The position numbers were made by a program, and so were the translations under genes. DNA of 36,130 nucleotides, taken from IMG/VR virus record IMGVR_UViG_3300049004_000013, positions 1-36,130 of that record. One strand, 5' to 3'. Source of the DNA: a virus (Duplodnaviria > Caudoviricetes). Shown here in pieces: positions 8,577 through 18,106 of this stretch; positions within the stretch are counted from its first letter, which is position 1, and each line of letters begins with the position of its first letter. The notes under the pieces were generated by a model, which made no database searches, was not told the DNA's origin, and saw nothing but the letters and a program-made list of their open reading frames with translations.

Positions 8577-9605
8577 ATGAGCACCTACCCCCGCCGCAGC
8601 GCCGAGTTCAAGGCCGAGATCGCCCGCATCCAGGAGCTGGCCGACAAGGGCGGCGCTTCGCTCCGCTCCTCCTACGCCGCCGACAAGCGCCTCCGGGCCA
8701 AGGTCGTGGCCGCCGCCACGGCAGCCGGCGTCACCTTCGCCCACCCCTACATGCGGGTGGAAGACATGATCGGCGACCTCGCCCTCATCGAGGAGGCCAG
8801 CCCCGAGGCCACCTTCCGCCGCATCCTGGCCGGCGAGCAGGACGCCGAGGCCGCCAAGCTGGAGGCCAAGGGCGGCCCCCGCCGGCTGGAGCGGGCCGAG
8901 AACCTGCGGGAGCACGCCCGCCTGCACCGCATCCAGGCCGACCAGGCCGAGGCCCCCGCCCTGACCATCACCCCCGGCGCCGAGGCCGTGATCGAGGAGA
9001 TCGCCGCCGGCCTGCCGACCAATCGGTTTCGGGTGGTCGCCCACCAGGGCGCCTTCCGCATCTTCGACCACACCGCCGGGTGCTTCGTGACCGGCGAGGG
9101 CACCACCTACCAGTTCAAGGAGGACGCCGAGGCGCAGGCCAACGACATGAACGACCCGCCCGCCACGCTCGACAACCCCTACCACAACTGGATGCCGGAC
9201 GCCGCCCCGGTGGACCCCCGGAGCTGGGAAGCCGTGCGCCAGACGCCCGCCTTCGCCGTGGCCGTCGATATCGCCCGCCAGGAGCGCCGCTCCCAGGTCA
9301 AGCTCGACCAGGCCCGCTCCAAGCTCGTCGCCGTCGGCGGTGACTTGGTCGACCAGGAGGACGCCGCCGACAACTTCTCGGCCGCCCTGCGGTTCTTCCG
9401 CAACGACAACAACGTCCTGTGGGGCGCCGCCCGCATGCTGGCCGCCATGGTCGACAACGACGACGAGCTGGGCGCTCTCCAGGTGCTGCGCGACGAGCTG
9501 GACCGCCAGGACGGCGCTGGCTGCACCGAGCCGGTGATCTCCGACGAGGCGAACCGCATGGCCGAGTTGGCCGTGAACCTCCGCAAGATCCAGCACGGCG
9601 CCTAA
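8577..9605 (+). CDS. Ala-rich hypothetical early protein
   Basis: CAAGGAG RBS, strongly C/G-ending codons. Confidence 0.8.
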   Translation: MSTYPRRSAEFKAEIARIQELADKGGASLRSSYAADKRLRAKVVAAATAAGVTFAHPYMRVEDMIGDLALIEEASPEATFRRILAGEQDAEAAKLEAKGGPRRLERAENLREHARLHRIQADQAEAPALTITPGAEAVIEEIAAGLPTNRFRVVAHQGAFRIFDHTAGCFVTGEGTTYQFKEDAEAQANDMNDPPATLDNPYHNWMPDAAPVDPRSWEAVRQTPAFAVAVDIARQERRSQVKLDQARSKLVAVGGDLVDQEDAADNFSAALRFFRNDNNVLWGAARMLAAMVDNDDELGALQVLRDELDRQDGAGCTEPVISDEANRMAELAVNLRKIQHGA

Positions 9606-9609
9606 TTCC

Positions 9610-9645
9610 CCGGGGCGGGAGGTGGTTGGGACCCGCCCGCCCCGG
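9610..9645 (+). terminator. GC hairpin
   Basis: CCGGGGCGGG / CCCGCCCCGG directly after the stop codon. Confidence 0.6.
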
Positions 9646-9649
9646 AGTA

Positions 9650-9673
9650 ACTGTCACACCCTCTGCTTATCCT
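9650..9673 (+). promoter_or_regulatory. repeated promoter module A, copy 2
   Basis: ACTGTCACACCCTCT-N3-TATCCT, same spacing as copy 1. Confidence 0.65.
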
Positions 9674-9699
9674 CAGAACACCTCGACAAGGAGCAACCC

Positions 9700-10728
9700 A
9701 TGTCCGCTGAAACCTCCCTCTGGCTCAACACCAAGACCCTGATCGGCTACACCGAGAAGCGGGGCAACGCCTGGCACTACCGGGAAGAGCACCAGGGCGC
9801 CGAGTCCAACCACTACCCGCACGCCATCCCCGTCGACGACGTCCTGCGGCGCCTGTTCGACTTCCAGGTGATCGAGTCCCCCCTCTACATCCCCGACGGG
9901 AAGGGCGGCTTCTCCGAGGTGCCGGGCCGCAAGGCCATGATCACCGACGACACCCGCGACGTGATGGGCGTCTTCAAGGGCGGCTACCTCGGCCACCAAT
10001 ACCCCGAGTGGCTGCTGGAGGGTCCCGCCAATCTGATCGACACCAGCTCGGGCGACCTCGGCATCGGCAGCGCCGGCCTCCTCAAGAACCGGGCCGTGGC
10101 CTGGGTCAGCATCGAGGTGCCGGACAGCATCATGACCCCCGAGGGCATCGAGTTCCGTCCCAACCTGCTGGCCTGCACCAGCTTCGACGGCTCGATGGCG
10201 ACCACCTACAAGCGGGTCGTTACAGCAGTCGTTTGCGATAACACCCTGGCCGCCGGCCTCTCCGAGGGCGGGCAGATCTTCCGGGTGAAGCACAGCTCCG
10301 GTTCCGGCCTCAAGCTGGCCGAGGCCCGCGAGGCCCTCGCCATCATCCACACCGTGGCCGACGAGTTCGCCGCTGAGGTCGCCCGCCTGGCGACCTGGAA
10401 GGTGGAGACGCGGGAGTTCGACCTCCTGCTCGACGCCCTCGTCCCCGTCCCCGAGATCCCCGCTGGCAAGACCACCAGCCGCGGCTACTCGATGGCGACG
10501 ACCAAGCAGGACGCCCTGCGCAACCTCTACAACAACGACGTCCGCGTCACGCCCTGGAAGGGGACGGCGCTCGGTGTGCTCCAGGCGTTCAACACCTACG
10601 AGCACCACGTTGCCAACCGCCGGAATGTCGCCCACCGCGCCCAGGCCAACATGCTGCGGGCAGTGGACGGGACCACGGCCGCTGCTGACGCCCTGGTGCT
10701 CCACACCCTGGCCGGCGTGACGAACTAG
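9700..10728 (+). CDS. DUF932 family phage/plasmid protein
   Basis: AWHY near N-terminus, GSAGLLKN, TSFDGS, VVCDNTL, KHS, KGTALG...AFNTYEHH. Confidence 0.85.
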   Translation: MSAETSLWLNTKTLIGYTEKRGNAWHYREEHQGAESNHYPHAIPVDDVLRRLFDFQVIESPLYIPDGKGGFSEVPGRKAMITDDTRDVMGVFKGGYLGHQYPEWLLEGPANLIDTSSGDLGIGSAGLLKNRAVAWVSIEVPDSIMTPEGIEFRPNLLACTSFDGSMATTYKRVVTAVVCDNTLAAGLSEGGQIFRVKHSSGSGLKLAEAREALAIIHTVADEFAAEVARLATWKVETREFDLLLDALVPVPEIPAGKTTSRGYSMATTKQDALRNLYNNDVRVTPWKGTALGVLQAFNTYEHHVANRRNVAHRAQANMLRAVDGTTAAADALVLHTLAGVTN

Positions 10729-10737
10729 AAATTGACC

Positions 10738-10766
10738 GGGAGGGGTCGGCCATCCCGGCCCCTCCC
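10738..10766 (+). terminator. GC hairpin
   Basis: GGGAGGGGTCGG / CCGGCCCCTCCC (12 bp with one G-U). Confidence 0.55.
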
Positions 10767-10792
10767 ATCGAGCCTCGATCAAGGAGAATCCA

Positions 10793-11206
10793 ATGGCCGC
10801 CAGCTTCACCAAAATCAAGACGCTGTTCTCGGAGTACGTGGGACTGTCGAAGCAGCGCAAGACGCTGGAGGCCCGCGAGGGCGAGCTGAAAAAGATGCTC
10901 GCCACGATCGTCGAGATGGACGGGTACACCGACGACAAGGGCAGCGAGTACGTCGACTTCAAGGAGCCGATCGAGGGCTTTGCTGGCCTGAAGCGGGAGC
11001 GCCGGGTGTACCAGACGCTCGACGAAGACAAGGCGTTCGAGGTGCTGGCACAGAAGAAGCTGACGCAGCTCTGCACCCGGACCATCACCGTCGTCGACCA
11101 GGACGCCGTCCAGGCGGCCTTCTACGACGGGAAGCTGACGCAGGACGACATCGACGCCATGTTCACGGTCAAGATCAACTACGCCTTCATCCCGCGCAAG
11201 GCGTAG
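10793..11206 (+). CDS. hypothetical protein with N-terminal coiled coil
   Basis: CAAGGAG RBS; heptad-rich N-terminus. Confidence 0.75.
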   Translation: MAASFTKIKTLFSEYVGLSKQRKTLEAREGELKKMLATIVEMDGYTDDKGSEYVDFKEPIEGFAGLKRERRVYQTLDEDKAFEVLAQKKLTQLCTRTITVVDQDAVQAAFYDGKLTQDDIDAMFTVKINYAFIPRKA

Positions 11207-11232
11207 ACAGCCCCCCGGACATGGGGCGCGAC

Positions 11233-11261
11233 GAGGGGCCGGCAAGCGGAGCCGGCCCCTC
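11233..11261. terminator. hairpin between convergent genes
   Basis: GAGGGGCCGGC / GCCGGCCCCTC, 7-nt loop. Confidence 0.65.
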
Positions 11262-11280
11262 TGCGCGAGACGAGATAGGG

Positions 11281-11565
11281 TCAGGGATTGGTCGGCTGCG
11301 GGCCGCCAGGCGTCGGGCCACCACCGCCGCCCGAGCTGGCGCCGCCGGTACCGGCCACGTTGACGTCGGGCGAGACGTTGATCTGACCCAGGAGGTCGTT
11401 GAGTGCGGAGACGTCGAGGTTCTGCTGGTTCGCCAAGTTGATGACGTCGTCGACGCGCATCTGCCGGACGTCGCCCTGGGCGGTGGCGTTCTGGGCAGAC
11501 GGGCCGCCCTGGGATTGCCCGCCACCCTGTGCCGGCTTGGCCGGGGGGTTCGGTGCGTTGGTCAT
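11281..11565 (-). CDS. Gly/Gln/Pro-rich hypothetical protein
   Basis: GGAGG RBS before ATG 11565; fills the gap; GGGTAG box at 11609-11604. Confidence 0.65.
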   Translation of the reverse strand: MTNAPNPPAKPAQGGGQSQGGPSAQNATAQGDVRQMRVDDVINLANQQNLDVSALNDLLGQINVSPDVNVAGTGGASSGGGGGPTPGGPQPTNP

Positions 11566-11609
11566 GTCCTGCCTCCATGGAGTAGTCGGCCTACTGACTG
11601 TATCTACCC

Positions 11610-12200
11610 ATGCCGGCGACACCTGATGACGTCCGGCGCCGGGTGCTCACCTGCACCCGCTGCCAGCTCCACCGGGTAGCACGCGCCCCCGTTCCCTGGA
11701 GCGGCCCCGTAGGGGCCTCTGTGGCCGTCCTGGGCGAGGCTCCGGGGGAGCAGGAGGATCTGGCCGGCGAGCCGTTCGTCGGCCCCTCCGGGCAGCTCTT
11801 GAGGAAGTATCTAAGGCGGGTGGGATTAACTCCCTCGGAGCTGGTCTTTGTGAACACGGTTTGCTGTTACCCGACCCGGACGCCGCGGCCTGAGGAGGTC
11901 GACGCCTGCCGGGGAAATTTCTGGGCGCAGATGGTGCTGGTCAGGCCGGATTTCGTACTCGTAGTGGGCGGAACAGCCTTGCAAGCCTTGAGGCCGGGCG
12001 CGAGGATCACGACCGAGAGAGGCACCCCCTGGATACGGGAGCTGATCGACGGCGGGCGTCGGGTGTATTTCCCCACCTACCACCCCGCTGCGGTACTCCG
12101 CAATAGACTGCTGTCTCGAATTTGGCGCGAGGATCTGGAGCAATTCAAGGAGCTTGTCGATGGTGGACAGGTACCCCGGGAGCAGCCGAGAGATCGGTGA
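11610..12200 (+). CDS. family-4-like uracil-DNA glycosylase (Fe-S)
   Basis: CTRCQL, GEAPG, GEPFVGPSG, NTVCC, TYHPAAVLR. Confidence 0.9.
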   Translation: MPATPDDVRRRVLTCTRCQLHRVARAPVPWSGPVGASVAVLGEAPGEQEDLAGEPFVGPSGQLLRKYLRRVGLTPSELVFVNTVCCYPTRTPRPEEVDACRGNFWAQMVLVRPDFVLVVGGTALQALRPGARITTERGTPWIRELIDGGRRVYFPTYHPAAVLRNRLLSRIWREDLEQFKELVDGGQVPREQPRDR

Positions 12201-12573
12201 CCGTCCCGAGCCGGCGACGCCGGCTAATTGGGGAAAGCCCAAGACATTCAATATCAACGGTACCCCGACTGAATTCTTTTCCGTAGGGCAGTTGGCTGCG
12301 GCGCTGAACCGGTCGCCGGTCACGATCCGAAAATGGGAGCGGCTCGGGCACCTGCCGATCGCCAGCTTCCGCACGCCGGGCCAGGTGCGGGAAAAGGCCC
12401 GCCGGCTGTACTCCCGGGCGCAGCTCGAAATCATCGTGAGCATCGCCTACGACGAGGGCCTGATGGCCGGGACGCTCGACAGCCAGGGAATTCTGCACCC
12501 CAAGAAAGGAATCACCGACACGCAATTCACCGAGCGGGTGAAAGAGGCGCTGCGGAAGCTGGCGGCGTCGTGA
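12160..12573 (+). CDS. MerR-like HTH DNA-binding protein
   Basis: FSVGQLAAALNRSPVTIRKWERLGHLP...RRLYS; AAGGAG RBS. Confidence 0.8.
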   Translation: MVDRYPGSSREIGDRPEPATPANWGKPKTFNINGTPTEFFSVGQLAAALNRSPVTIRKWERLGHLPIASFRTPGQVREKARRLYSRAQLEIIVSIAYDEGLMAGTLDSQGILHPKKGITDTQFTERVKEALRKLAAS

Positions 12574-12863
12574 CCGAGATCGAGAAGCTCCGTATCGAGG
12601 TCGACCGGCTGAGAGACGACCTGAAGGAGGCCGAGGACGCCCTGCGAGCCGCCATCATTGCCGCCACCGGATATGAGGAGGGCGACGTCGTTGAGGCCAT
12701 AAAGAAATGGGGGCGGGCGCAGGAGTGGCGGCCGGCCATCATCCGCCGGATCTACCCCGGCTATGTCAGCGATAACTGTCGGTTCGCCGTGTCGTTCGCC
12801 AAGAAGGACGGCGAGTGGTCAAAAGTCGTGGCCGACTGGTGCGAGGTGAGGAAGCCCGAATGA
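12570..12863 (+). CDS. hypothetical protein
   Basis: GTGA/ATGA overlaps. Confidence 0.65.
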   Translation: MTEIEKLRIEVDRLRDDLKEAEDALRAAIIAATGYEEGDVVEAIKKWGRAQEWRPAIIRRIYPGYVSDNCRFAVSFAKKDGEWSKVVADWCEVRKPE

Positions 12864-13153
12864 TTATTCGCCGCAGTCGCCGGTACACGGTGAAAATGGC
12901 CGACTATGAGAGCTACTCGTTCGGCGCCGACGTGGAGATGTCCACAAACGACATCGGCGTCAGCGATGCGGATATGCTCGGCATGAGCGACGAGGAGTTC
13001 CAGAGCACCAAGGTGAACCTCACCGAATTGGTGCTGGAGGAACTCAATAACCAGCTCCACGACGAAATACAAGACGCCATCACGCTGACGGATAACCAAA
13101 AATCATATCTGCTCAAGGCTTTCGGAATACGACCCACGCGGAAGGGGAAGTGA
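12860..13153 (+). CDS. hypothetical protein
   Basis: ATGA overlap; acidic helical protein. Confidence 0.65.
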   Translation: MIIRRSRRYTVKMADYESYSFGADVEMSTNDIGVSDADMLGMSDEEFQSTKVNLTELVLEELNNQLHDEIQDAITLTDNQKSYLLKAFGIRPTRKGK

Positions 13154-13154
13154 A

Positions 13155-13862
13155 TTGCGACGTGTGCTGAATAAGCCGGCCGACGAGGAGCCGGAAGACG
13201 AGCCGGACGAGCCGGACGAAGAAGAGGCCGCCGAGGACGACGAGGACGAGGATTCCCCCGTCCGTACCGGCTGGGGCGGCTACCGGGAGACGAAGGCGAA
13301 GTCGGGCTTCGGCGCCGACTTCCTGAAGTTCAACGACAGCGGCGAAGCGATGCTCCTCAAGTTCATTGAGGCCGAGCCGTTCGCCAGCTTCAGGCAGCAC
13401 TGGGTGGAGCGGCAATCGGGGAAACGCAGTTGGGTGTGCATCGAAGATGACTGCCCGCTGTGCGATGCCGGTGATACTCCGAGCTTCAGGATCGCCTTCA
13501 ACGTCCTGCTTCTCTCCGACGACAAGCCCGTCAACAAGGTCTGGGAGGTCGGCCCCCGGCTGGCCGAGCAGCTCGAAGCCAAGGCCAAGGACAAGCGCAC
13601 CGGCCCGCTCGACCGCTCGGACGTCTATTGGGCGGTCAGCCGCACCGGCAAGAAGTCGAAGACGGCCTACAGCGTTGATCCGGTCAAGGCCCGGGACTTG
13701 AAAGAGGACTGGGATATGGAGCCGCTCGAAGACTCGGTCATCAAGCGGTACCGGGGCAAGATGTATGACAGCTCGGTCATCAAGGTGCCGGCGCGCAAGC
13801 AGCTCAAGGAAATCGCTGCCGAGATGCTGGACGAGGACTTCGACGATAACGAGGACGACTGA
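13155..13862 (+). CDS. single-stranded DNA-binding protein (gp32-like Zn site)
   Basis: QHW...C-x4-CPLC, acidic termini, adjacent to polA. Confidence 0.7.
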   Translation: MRRVLNKPADEEPEDEPDEPDEEEAAEDDEDEDSPVRTGWGGYRETKAKSGFGADFLKFNDSGEAMLLKFIEAEPFASFRQHWVERQSGKRSWVCIEDDCPLCDAGDTPSFRIAFNVLLLSDDKPVNKVWEVGPRLAEQLEAKAKDKRTGPLDRSDVYWAVSRTGKKSKTAYSVDPVKARDLKEDWDMEPLEDSVIKRYRGKMYDSSVIKVPARKQLKEIAAEMLDEDFDDNEDD

Positions 13863-13865
13863 TCC

Positions 13866-15854
13866 ATGGCGGTAGCGTCGGCCGGCCCTATCTCACCAGC
13901 GCTTCGGGGCCGGCCGGCCTACCGCTCGGGCAACATCGTCACGAACAGGGCGCAGCTCAAAGCCGTGGCCGCCGCCTACGCCGAATTCGACGCTTTCGCC
14001 TTCGACTTCGAGACGATGGGCGAGTACCGCAACGACCCCCGCCAGGCCATTCCCTTCTGGCTCTCCCTGGCCGGCCCGGGGCGGGCCGACGTCATTCCCT
14101 TCGGGCATCCCCTGGGCGATATCGAGCGCTGGGAAATCCCCATGACGAAGGACGGGAGCCGGCCGCTCAAGAACCGGAAGCCCATCCCGCACTACAGCGC
14201 CGCACCTGACCAGCTCGACGTCGACGAGATCTTCACCGAGCTGGAGCCGGTGTTCTTCGGCGGCGGGATCAAGACCGGCCATGGTCTGAAATTCGACCTG
14301 GAGGTTGCCGCCAAGATCTACGACGGGCGCGTCCCACCGCCGCCGTACGACGACACCATGATCGACGCCTTCCTCATCAACGAGACGCACCTCGGCGGGT
14401 TCCCCTACAGCCTCGGCGTCTGCGTGCTGCGGGAGCTGGCCTACATGTACGACAAGAGCCTCGGCCGGATCGGCGTGGAGAAGTTCCCATTCTCCGAGGC
14501 GGCGAATTACTCCTGGCACGACTCCAAATACACCTGGCTTCTGGCCCAGCGCTACCGCCGGCAGATCGAGGCCCGCGGACTGGGTGAGCTGCAGCAGCTC
14601 GAAATGGACGTGCTCCAGTGCGTGGTCTGGATGGAGCAGGCCGGCGTCGAGGTTGACGTCGCTGGCCTCGACGCCTTGGGCGCAAAACTCGAGTCCGAGC
14701 TGGCCGAGACGTACGCCCGGGTGGCGAAGGTCGCCGGCTTCGACATCAACCTCAATGCGGACGCCCAGGTCCGAGAGCTGCTGTTCGTGCAGCGCAAGCA
14801 CAAGCCGCACCCGGAGCACATCACCAAGCAGCAGAAGCTCCCGTCGGTGTCGGCGGCGGCGCTCCAGGCCACGGCCGGCCTCCGCAAGGACCCGGTGGTC
14901 AAGGACATCATCCACTGGGCCGAGCTGCACAAGCTCTACAGCACCTACTACCTCAACATCCGGCGCCGGCTGATCGACGGACGCTGCCACGCCGACTTCG
15001 ACCAGCGGGGCGCCCGGACGGGCCGGTTCTCCTGTCGGACGCCGAACCTGCAGAACATCCCGGTGCGGCGCAACGACGAGATCCGGGGGCTGTTCATCGC
15101 CCCGCCGGGCTACAAGCTCATCGTGGCCGACTACAGCCAGATCGAGCTGCGCCTGCTGGCCCACTTCAGCCGCGACCCGGTGCTCATCCAGGCGTACGAG
15201 GAGGGCCTCGACCTGCACGCCATGACGGCGGCCAAGGCGTACAGCGTGAAGCAGGAGGACGTCACCAAGCTCCAGCGCTCCCTGGCGAAGAACTGCAACT
15301 TCTCGATGGCCTACGGCGCCATGGCCCAGACGCTCGTCGACCGCTACGGCGTCCCGACCCTGGCCGAGGCCGAAGCCCTCATCGACGCCTTCTTCTCGAC
15401 CTACAAGCGGGTGGACCCCTGGCGGCGGTCGCTGGTGCGGAAATGCCGGGCGACCAGGGTCACGAAGTCCGAGGCGGCGGCCAGCGGGAAGCGTCCGACC
15501 ATGCCGTACGTGACCACCATCCTCGGCCGGCGCCGGCACCTCCCCGACCTGTTCAGCTACGACTTCAAGCTCCAGAAGCAGGCCGAGCGCCAGGTCGTGA
15601 ACACCAAGATCCAGGGGTCGGCCGGTGACATCCTGAAGGTCGCCATGGTCGACCTCTACCGCGAGCTGCACGACAGCCGGGCCAACCTCATGCTCACGGT
15701 CCACGACGAGCTGGTGACCCAGGCGCCCGACGACGAGGCCGAGGACATCGCCGAGATCGTCCGGCAGTGCATGGAGCAGGTCAAGCTCCCGGTCCCGCTG
15801 CGGGTACCTTTGGTGGCCGACGTCAGTGTCTGCGACCGCTGGAGCGAGAAATGA
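13866..15854 (+). CDS. polA: family A DNA polymerase with 3'-5' exonuclease
   Basis: FDFET, KFDL, YxxxD; RTGRFS, PNLQNIP, ADYSQIELR, AKNCNFSMAYG, VHDEL. Confidence 0.96.
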   Translation: MAVASAGPISPALRGRPAYRSGNIVTNRAQLKAVAAAYAEFDAFAFDFETMGEYRNDPRQAIPFWLSLAGPGRADVIPFGHPLGDIERWEIPMTKDGSRPLKNRKPIPHYSAAPDQLDVDEIFTELEPVFFGGGIKTGHGLKFDLEVAAKIYDGRVPPPPYDDTMIDAFLINETHLGGFPYSLGVCVLRELAYMYDKSLGRIGVEKFPFSEAANYSWHDSKYTWLLAQRYRRQIEARGLGELQQLEMDVLQCVVWMEQAGVEVDVAGLDALGAKLESELAETYARVAKVAGFDINLNADAQVRELLFVQRKHKPHPEHITKQQKLPSVSAAALQATAGLRKDPVVKDIIHWAELHKLYSTYYLNIRRRLIDGRCHADFDQRGARTGRFSCRTPNLQNIPVRRNDEIRGLFIAPPGYKLIVADYSQIELRLLAHFSRDPVLIQAYEEGLDLHAMTAAKAYSVKQEDVTKLQRSLAKNCNFSMAYGAMAQTLVDRYGVPTLAEAEALIDAFFSTYKRVDPWRRSLVRKCRATRVTKSEAAASGKRPTMPYVTTILGRRRHLPDLFSYDFKLQKQAERQVVNTKIQGSAGDILKVAMVDLYRELHDSRANLMLTVHDELVTQAPDDEAEDIAEIVRQCMEQVKLPVPLRVPLVADVSVCDRWSEK

Positions 15855-16237
15855 CTGACTCCTGGTGGGCCAAGAAGCTCGGCCACGCCCCCCAGCCTGC
15901 TGGACAGCCCTCCTATGCCCCCACAGGCCCGTCTAACGGCTCGATTACGCCGGCCGGTACGCAGGCCCAGATGTGGCAGCAGCGCCAGGAGAACGGCCCA
16001 CCAGAGCTGTGGGTCGACGACCCGAACGCCCCGGACGGCAAGAGGTTCAACTGGAGGGCCTGGAGCGGCGGCCAGGCGAACCGCGAGGAGACGGGCCACT
16101 GCCCGAACTGCGGCAGCTCCAATTACTTCAGCCGGCGCCGCGAGGCCAAGGTGACCCAGAACGGCATGGCCTACCCGGCGCCGCAGTGCTTCGAGTGCAG
16201 CTACAACGGCATGTTCCAGATATTCGGAGGAGGCTGA
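15851..16237 (+). CDS. Zn-ribbon hypothetical protein
   Basis: CPNCGS...CFECSY; ATGA overlap. Confidence 0.75.
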   Translation: MTDSWWAKKLGHAPQPAGQPSYAPTGPSNGSITPAGTQAQMWQQRQENGPPELWVDDPNAPDGKRFNWRAWSGGQANREETGHCPNCGSSNYFSRRREAKVTQNGMAYPAPQCFECSYNGMFQIFGGG

Positions 16238-16426
16238 ATGCCCTGGTCCGCAGATGAAGCCAGCGAGAAGACCAAGAAGGCCAAGACCGCCAAGCAGAAG
16301 CGCCAGTGGAAGGACGTCGCCAACAGCTCCCTGAAGCGGGGGGACTCCGAGGCCACGGCCATCAAGAAGGCCAACGGCGTGCTCAAGGACCCGAAGACCC
16401 GGGCCGGCGGGGGGAAGAAGAAGTGA
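16238..16426 (+). CDS. small basic protein, DUF2188/ChaB-like
   Basis: MPWS...QWKDVANSSLKRGDSEATAIKKAN; GGAGG RBS. Confidence 0.55.
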   Translation: MPWSADEASEKTKKAKTAKQKRQWKDVANSSLKRGDSEATAIKKANGVLKDPKTRAGGGKKK

Positions 16427-16533
16427 TCCTGCCCATAGCATTCATCGGCAAGGCCATCATCTGGATCATTGTGATCGTTGTCCTGGCCGTCATCGGCCTG
16501 ATCGCCCTCGTCGGCAAGCTCTTCGGGGATTAG
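16423..16533 (+). CDS. small membrane protein (36 aa)
   Basis: AIIWIIVIVVLAVIGLIALV. Confidence 0.6.
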   Translation: MILPIAFIGKAIIWIIVIVVLAVIGLIALVGKLFGD

Positions 16534-16728
16534 ATGCCGGCGGCCAAGAAGCCGGCGCCGGCCAAGGAGTACAGCTATGCCGTGATGGCGGTCCATCCGC
16601 TACACGGCAAGCCCATGCCGGTGGCCGTCCATCCCACCGAGGTGGCGGCCACCGAGGATGCCGTCGCCCGGAATAAGAAGGCCAGCCACCTGGCCCATCA
16701 CGTCAAGAAGGTGGCGAAGGGGAACTGA
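16534..16728 (+). CDS. hypothetical protein
   Basis: Abuts both neighbours. Confidence 0.6.
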   Translation: MPAAKKPAPAKEYSYAVMAVHPLHGKPMPVAVHPTEVAATEDAVARNKKASHLAHHVKKVAKGN

Positions 16729-17783
16729 TGGACGCCTCACTCAAGGCGATCATGACGAAGATCAACCACAAGTTGGGCGAGGGCACGATCATCCTCGGCT
16801 CGGACATCGACCAGGAGATCCGGCCGCGCTGCCCGAGCGGGAGCTTGAGCCTCGACATCGCCCTCGGCGGCGGGTGGCCGCTGAACCAGTGGTGCGAGCT
16901 GATCGGCTACGAGAGCGCCGGCAAGACGCTGGTGGCCCTGAAGACGATCGCAGCCAACCAGGCCCGGGACAAGAACTGGACGGCCCTGTGGTTCGACGCC
17001 GAGAGGAGCTGGGACAAGCGCTGGGCGCGCCAGCTCGGCGTCGACGACAAGCGGGTCATCGTCATGGCCGATAACGGCATGGAGACGGTGTACCAGACCT
17101 GCATCGAGTTCCTGGGGACGCGCAAGGTCGACTGCGTGGTGATCGACTCCCTGCCGGCGCTGGTGCCCGAGCGTGAGGACGAGAACGACGTCGGCGCCAT
17201 GGCGCCCGGCCTCGGGGCCATCCTCACCGGGCAGTTCTTCCGCAAGCAGCAGCCGGCCACGAAGCGGTCCATGACTCATGAAGAGCGTCCCGTCCTCGGC
17301 CTGATGATCAACCAGTGGCGCGAGAAGATCGGCGTCATGCACGGTGACCCTCGGACTACCCCCGGAGGGAGAGGCAAGAACTTCTTCTTTGTGGTACGGC
17401 TGGAGCTGAAGCGGGACGACTGGATCGAGGAGGGGGACTTCCGGGTCGGCCAGACGATCAAGGCTCACACCGTGAAGAACAAGACGGCTGCGCCGCAGCG
17501 CACGGCCATCTTCGATTTCTATTTCGCCGATGCCGGGGAGTTCGTTGCCGGCCAGTACGACCGGGGCAAGGAGATCGTGGCCGTCGGCCTCATGCACAAG
17601 CTCGTCCACCGGGCCGGGGCCTTCTACTCCTACGGCGACCAGAAGTGGCAGGGGCGCGAGCGGATGCTCGATGCCCTGCGTACGCAGCCCGAGCTGCTGG
17701 GCGCCCTGGAGGCCGAGATCATGGCAACGCTGTACCCTCGCCCGGAGCACGGCGTGAGCAAGAGATCAGTGGCGAAGAAGTGA
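16728..17783 (+). CDS. recA: RecA-like recombinase
   Basis: SGSLSLDIALGGG, GYESAGKT, FDAE, VVIDS, INQWREKIGVMHGDP, VKNK. Confidence 0.95.
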   Translation: MDASLKAIMTKINHKLGEGTIILGSDIDQEIRPRCPSGSLSLDIALGGGWPLNQWCELIGYESAGKTLVALKTIAANQARDKNWTALWFDAERSWDKRWARQLGVDDKRVIVMADNGMETVYQTCIEFLGTRKVDCVVIDSLPALVPEREDENDVGAMAPGLGAILTGQFFRKQQPATKRSMTHEERPVLGLMINQWREKIGVMHGDPRTTPGGRGKNFFFVVRLELKRDDWIEEGDFRVGQTIKAHTVKNKTAAPQRTAIFDFYFADAGEFVAGQYDRGKEIVAVGLMHKLVHRAGAFYSYGDQKWQGRERMLDALRTQPELLGALEAEIMATLYPRPEHGVSKRSVAKK

Positions 17784-18106
17784 AGCAGCGCTGGGAGCGC
17801 CTCGAAGAGCGGACGGCTCGGGACTTCGGTGGTCGCCGGCAACCCGGCTCTGGCAATAAATGGAACAAGAAGGGCGATGTCAGTACCCCCATCCTGCTGA
17901 TCGAAAACAAATACCGAGGGAACAACTCGCTGACCTTGAAAGCTCTTGATCTCACAAAGATCTGCGACGAAGCTACGGCTGAGGGCAGAGTTCCGGCGCT
18001 CGTCATCGAGCTGGCGGGAAGCGAGTACGTCCTGTTCACCAAAGACGACGTCTTGGAGCTGTTCGGTGATCGAATGGGAGCGGCCGGACTGGCAGGCCGG
18101 CAGTAA
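17780..18106 (+). CDS. PD-(D/E)xK nuclease / Holliday junction resolvase-like
   Basis: E...GGRRQPGSG...KGDV...LIENK. Confidence 0.75.
   Translation: MKQRWERLEERTARDFGGRRQPGSGNKWNKKGDVSTPILLIENKYRGNNSLTLKALDLTKICDEATAEGRVPALVIELAGSEYVLFTKDDVLELFGDRMGAAGLAGRQ

Noticed and set aside
255-17783. Inteins or introns in DnaB, PolA or RecA
   Set aside because: Normal lengths, contiguous motifs, no splice-junction or homing-endonuclease signatures
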